NCBI RefSeq assembly: GCF_009914755.1
Contig: NC_060929.1
Length of the DNA stretch: 64,000 bases
Strand: one strand, 5' to 3'
Source: the human T2T-CHM13v2.0 reference genome, Homo sapiens
Part shown: positions 57,824 to 64,000 of the stretch, piece after piece
How positions within the stretch are numbered: position 1 is the stretch's first letter
Layout of the letters: each line of letters starts with the position of its first letter
Made by a program: the position numbers and the translations under genes
The notes under the pieces: model-generated
Seen by the model: only the letters and a program-made list of their open reading frames with translations
Told to the model about the DNA's origin: nothing
Database searches by the model: none

Positions 57824-60800
57824 AGTAAGTGTATGTATTTATGGGATAAATAAGAGACTTTGATGTAGGCATGCAAATACATAATAATCGCATCATGGTA
57901 AATGGGGTACCCTTCCCCTCAAGCATTTATCCATTGTGTTACAAACAATAAAATTATTCTCTTTTAGTTATTTTTAAATATAAAATTAAATTGTTATTGA
58001 CTATAGTCAATACAATGTTGTGCTATCAAATACTAGGTGTGGTTCATTTTTTCTAACTACTTTTTGTACCCATTAATCCTTCATTTCCCTGCATCCCCCA
58101 ACTACCCTCCACAGCCTGTGGTATAACCATCCTTCTACTTTCTATCTCCAGGTGTTCCATTGTTTCTTAGCTCCCACAAATAAGTGAGAACATGCAATGT
58201 TTGTCTTTCTGTGCCTGGCATATTTCACTTAACATAATGACCTCCAGTTCCATCTGTACTGTTGTAAATGATAGGATTTCATTCTTTTTTTATGGCTGAA
58301 TGATGCTTCATTGTGTATAAGTATCACATCTTCTTTATCCATTCATCTGTTGTTGGACACTTAGGTTGCTTCCAAATGTTGACTGTTGTGAACACCAGGA
58401 CAACAAACATGGGAATGCAGATGTCTCTTCTACATACTAATTTCCTTTATTTTGGGTATATACCCAGCTGAGGGATTGCCAGCTCATATGGTAGCTCTAT
58501 TTTCAGTTCTTTGAGGAAAATCCAAACTGTTTGCCATAGTGGTTTTACTAATTTACATTCCCACCAACAGTGTCCAAGGGTTCTCTTTTTTCCACATCCT
58601 CACCAGCATTTGTTATTGCTTGTTTTTTGGATAAAAACCATTTTAACTGAGGTGAGAGGATATCTCACTGTAGTTTTGATTCGCATTTCTCTAATGATCA
58701 ACAATGTTGAGCACCTTCTCATATTTGCAATTTATATGTCTTCTTTTGAGAAATGTCTATTCAGATCTTTTGCCTATGTTTTAACTGGATTATTAGATTT
58801 TTTTTCCTATAGAGTTGTTTGAGCTCCTTATATATTCTGGTTATTAATCCTTTATCATATGGGCAGTTTGCAAATATTTTCTCCCATTCTGTGGGCTGTC
58901 TCTTCATTTTTTTTTTTATCATTTCTTTTGCTGTATGGAAGCTTTTTAACTTGATGTGATCTGATTTGTCCAGTTTTGCATTGGTTGCCTGTGCTTCTGG
59001 GGTGTTACTCGAGACATTTTTGCCCAGACCAGTGTTCTGGAGAGCTTCCCTAATGTTTTCTTGTAGTAATTTCATAGTTTGAGGTCTTAAATTTAAGTCT
59101 TTGAGTCATATTGATTGGATTTTGTATATGGCAAGAGATGGAGGTCTAGTTTCATTCTTCTGCATGTGGATATCCAGTTTACCCAGCACGATTTATTAAA
59201 GAGACTATCTTTTCCCCGGTGTATGTTCTTGGCAGCTTAGCAAAAAATGAGTTTACTGTAAGTGTGTGGATTTTTGTTCCTTTGGTCTATATATCTGTTT
59301 TTATGCCAGTACCATGCTGTTTTGGTTACTATAGCTCTGTAGTAGTAATTTGAAGGCTGGTGTCTCCCTAGGTCATGTACTCCTCTAGTTCACTGGCTCT
59401 AAGCCCAACACAGCACTAGGACTTGGATAAGATTTACAGTCCTTGTGTCCTAGGCTGCCTTTCAAGTTGACCTAGGACCCCAGAGGCCTTTAGCCTGCAG
59501 TGTGGAGACTTGCTGAGAAACTCAAGTTCTGACTGTTGGGATGGGAAATTGCCCTCTGGCTAGGACTGGTCCAAATGCTCCTTTGGTGGGTGCACCCCGG
59601 CTGAGCCCAGCATGGCTTTGTCCTCCATTGTGACAGGGCAGCACTGAGTTCAATGCCATGTTCCCCATTCACTTTGATCTCCTTCCCCTAAGTGCATAGA
59701 TTCTCTTTGCAGACTTAGCTCTGCTGCCAGGATATGGGGGAGGGATGGTGTTCATGATTCAAAACTATCTTTCCTACCCTCTTCAGTGTCTCTTTCAGTG
59801 ATATGAAGCTTAAACCAGGTACTGTGATTGTTCATTTGACTTTTGGGTCTTATGATGGTGCTTTTTTGTGTGTAGTTAGTTGTTGAAATTGGGTGTTCCA
59901 GCGGTGGGGGGAGGTGGGGGTGGCGATCAGTAAAGGCTTCTATTTGGCCATCTTCCTCCACACTTCTGTGTTGCATATTTAATCACCATTTTAATCAAAG
60001 TTTGTCATAATCTCTGTCATAGTAGTGTACGCTCATTTCTTTTGAGTTCTCTGCTTGCCTATTTATTGCTTCATTTTTTTTCTCAGTACATCCCATCATT
60101 CCCTAACATCCTGAAAATAAAGCAGAAATTCAGAAATGTTAGGGAAGAAGAAGTGGCAGGGTTTGGCGTTACTGCTTCTTGCCTTTGGAGACAATGGCTG
60201 GAGAGTAGAGTTCCACATATGGTGAGCTCAAAGCTCTAATCTGCGGAAGACTACAGATCAGCTTTTCCTACTCCTCAATGAACCTGCTGAATTAGGGCTT
60301 CTTCCACCATTCTACCTCAGAAAATTCTTAATGAAAAAATGAAATACACAGAATAAAATCTAATAAGTACATGTACTTATTAGAAAAGGCCTATGATCTT
60401 ATCCAACTTAAAATATTTCAACCTTGTTCCATTAAAGATAATGACTATTCCACCATCCCAAATTGTATTTTGAAGACTACTTAGTGATCTGGGGAAAATG
60501 CTTACATTATAGGAAATTTAAAAAGCAGGGCCCTAAACTACATGGAGCATAATTCCAATTTGTTCACATAAATGCATGGGAAATAGATGATGGAAGAAAA
60601 CACTTCACAATAGTAACAATGTTTATCTCTGGGTGATTTCTATTTTCTTCTTTGCATTTTTCTGTATTTACAGAATTTTCTATAAGGAGCATGTTACTTT
60701 CATAACTGAAGAAAAGGTTATATTTTTATTTCAAAAAAAGCTAATGGCTTCCTTAGATAGTTTTCTGCCTTTTAACCGACAAAAATAAAGGCCCAGAAAG

Positions 60801-60870
60801 GGTTGCAGACCCCTCAGTTTTTGTCTCAGAGTCCGAGACCTGGTACATCTCAGTGCCCACCACAGCTCAC

Positions 60871-60931
60871 CCAGCAGGATCAAAGGGTGCAGCCTCAGTG
60901 AACAAAGTGCCAGAGCTGTCAAAGTCTCAAC
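60871..60931 (-). pseudogene. Candidate exon (61 nt)
   Basis: atcttctccag| VETLTALALCSLRLHPLILL G|gtgagc; second donor GGAG|gtgagc 108 nt upstream (61040). Confidence 0.3.
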
Positions 60932-62917
60932 CTGGAGAAGATTTTTGTTTTGATTACAAGCCTGTGAACTGGCACTTCTTGCCCTTTCACTCCCCTTTTC
61001 TGTATGCCTTGATCTCGGGTGCTTTCTAGTCCTGCTCACCTCCCGGACTTTTCACCTTACACACCTGCAAGTGTTTCAGAGGGACTGGAGAGTCATGTTT
61101 CCCTGATGAGCGAGGAGACTCACAGAAGAAAAACCTGCCCAACCTTGTCATCCTCTCCAGGCCAGAGCTGCGTTCTCATGACAGTGAGGGACACAAGGGG
61201 CTCAAGGGCACTAGAGCGACACTGACTGGGAAGGCTCTTTATGCCTCCTCTGAGCTCCTGCTTCCCCCTTCACCAGGGACTGCTAGGCGAGTGGCACCAC
61301 CAGGAAACAACTAAGAGCACTGGGTCCCCGTGAAAATGGGAGTTTGGGTTGCAGTATTAATTACAGTTTTCATCAGGATAAAGACATCCAGATGTGAGAG
61401 AGAATCAAGTTCTTTCTCTGCCGTGGAACAGATGATTGAGCTAAAAGAAACATTAATTCTGTAAGGGAAGAAAATGAATACACCTGCACTATCTTTTTTC
61501 TACTCTCACATTCCCTACATTAAATAAAACCATTAAATTGGTCATACTCACTAATGGAACAAATGGTATATTGTACTCAAGAGCTTTTGATGCAAATTTC
61601 TTAATGAGGAAAGAAATATATTTATATGGTATTTACGGATATTGTAAGCCTAGCAAGAAGTATTTACAAATCCATATTTCCAAACCTACCATATAAATGG
61701 GCTGAATCCATTCCGTACATTTTATGTACAGAATATTTGTAAGATATTACAGGTGAGAACAATTTTCAGATGTGGCTTGTGTTTCATTACTTTATAGTAA
61801 TGCCTTATAGAGTTAATGACTGAATCAGAGAATTTTGAGGTTGGATCTCAGTGATTGAGATCATGTACTTAATTTTTTATTTGAAAGAAAAACAAAAAAA
61901 AAGACACTACCACCAAAGTCCAGAAATAAACATGCATATGTAATGTATATGTGTGTATGAGTTAAAAGTTAAAATGAAATTATTAGATTGTTTTTTAATA
62001 TAAAAAATATGCCACAAGTTCAACACTATAATATTTATATTTGTCGACTGACTAGTTAATATCTTTTAACCATGATGAAAAAAATAATATTCAGCAAGAA
62101 AAGTAAGAAGGATTGAAATAAAAATTATCCATCTTGAAAGTGGAAACCATGACTTGGCATATGAAAGAAATAACATGTTATTTTTTGCTACTAGTTACAC
62201 AGTATAATTTTTAGCAGTGTTCTCATCCCAGATGACAGAAATCACCATCACACCCTAAATAACAAACAGCATGGACTGTGGATGAAAAAAAGATACACAG
62301 AGAGATGAAGTTTGGGCCAAGTCTGCAGAGAAGAGGTTCAAATATCTTATAAAGTATCAGACCAAAATGAAGTCTTTCAAAATTTGGAGTGGTTTATTTT
62401 TGGCAAAGCCCAACTTCCTGTTCACAAGAGTGATGGCTTCAGATTATTTTTTTGAACATCAAACAGGCTTTTTGCAGGGCTTCGTTTTGATGAGTTCTAA
62501 TGGGCAATCAGAAATACATGGATTAATTCTACCTTCAAATAAACATGGGTTTAGCAATTGCAGAGACAAAAGCTTGGCACAGCATGTTCTGAGTCCCGCC
62601 AAACTCTAAACATGGGAGTAGTCAGTTCAGGATATTGGATGAGAATATGTGGTTGAACTTGGCCTCCTTTAGTATTATCTTAATAAGCTTCAGGTCACCC
62701 TGTTTTACTCAGCTCCATCCTGGCAGGTGGGGACTGGGGAGACTATGAGCTGACTCTCTCCCCACCCTCTCTGCTTTCAGCAAGCGGCTCATTATACCTA
62801 CGTCCCACAGTGACTGGAGGGTGTGGAGACTGCATCTGTGGGCTGGTCTCAAGATCTGTCCCTTCACCTTCCCTGTAGTCTTCTCCCTGGCTGAGCTCCT
62901 CTGGACAATAAAGTGCG

Positions 62918-62957
62918 TTTTTTTTTGTTTGTTTGTTTGTTTTGTTTTGTTTTGTTT
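62918..62957. repeat. (TTTG)n/(TTTTG)n simple repeat
   Basis: Directly visible. Confidence 0.9.
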
Positions 62958-64000
62958 TAACTGCTTGTGCTACTTTTCTCATCTGAGTTTCGAGCTTCTT
63001 AGTTTATATGCCAGAAAACCAGCTGACAAGAAGACACCAGATAGATGGCTCTTTGTAGAGTGCCATGTTGTGAATCTGTGGGCATCATGTCAGGAGGCTT
63101 GTGTTTTCTGACAGCTCTGTGCTGAGCTAAATGCAGAGGTCACATTGTGCCTTTATAGAGTCCTAAAGACATTGCACTAAATTCTAAATTTGAAGTGCCT
63201 CAACTTTTTGCTGGAATATTGCAAAGGTGCGAACTTCAGATTTAGTGCATTTCTATCTTACCATGCAGCACCTCTTTCCTAACTTGTGAGATCAATTCTT
63301 CCATCTCCTTTTCCTTGTGTGTTCTTTGTTGTCCTGGTGACTCTCAGCTATCAGCACTTCAAGCACCCACTTGGCAGTGGGACACATGTGGATTTCCTCC
63401 CCAGTCTCTCTCTTCTTTCCTGTTACGTTTTTGGATCTCAGGTTTAGAAAGCTGAATGAATCATACTACCCAATTCAGGGTACATTACATTATGATATTT
63501 CTTCCTTTTTTTCTCTTCTTCCTTTCCAACCTCCCTCCCATGGCCGTTCCCTCCTCTCTCTCTTCTTTTGCCTTATCCTTCATATCCATTCTCCTTCTGG
63601 CATAGTTAACCACTGAGGCACATGCTTGAATTTTCCTGTGTCCATAAATACATGCAGTATTTTTGTGTGCATGATTTAAAATTTTACACAGAAGCTATAG
63701 TGCTTATTAACATTCTTGTTTTTTATACACAGCTCTATGTTTTAAGATGTATTTTTTGTTACTCTGTGAAAATCTAGTCCTGAGTCTCCAAATGCTGCAT
63801 ACTATTGCATATTCTGTATCTACTGGCTTTCATATATCCTTTCTGCCAAAATGGGCCTGGTGTCCATCAACATGCTATGCATGCCCTCATATGAATCTGT
63901 GTTAGCCGGGATATCTTTCTGTTCGCTTCTTTCATGACATATTCAGCTAACTGGTTAGTTCGGAAGGAAACTAACACATGAACTTGTTCTGAAATATTAA

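Overview
Human genomic DNA (an AluYa5 carrying all five diagnostic bases is present). It is AT-rich, lacks a CpG island, and is intronic/intergenic in character. I can support no intact protein-coding gene, RNA gene or CRISPR array; most track ORFs are repeat-derived or chance. About half of the window is transposon fossil. An ~18-kb nested stack (9.2-27.1 kb) has an old L1M element hosting a near-full-length L1MA, L1PA fragments, Alus, an LTR47, a MADE1 and an MST/MLT1A provirus. Elsewhere are a full THE1 provirus, MER9, LTR16, LTR33, MLT2, MER5, MER94, MIR and L2 pieces. Two signals stand out. (1) A decayed minus-strand Ty3/gypsy element at ~42.5-43.2 kb retains PNMA-like gag motifs followed by RT and RT-RNaseH-connection motifs. 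(2) A chain of splice-flanked, phase-compatible but stop-interrupted minus-strand exon candidates (61 kb to 30 kb) may be a dead multi-exon gene. All repeat subfamily names come from recall of consensus sequences, not from a search; boundaries are approximate.
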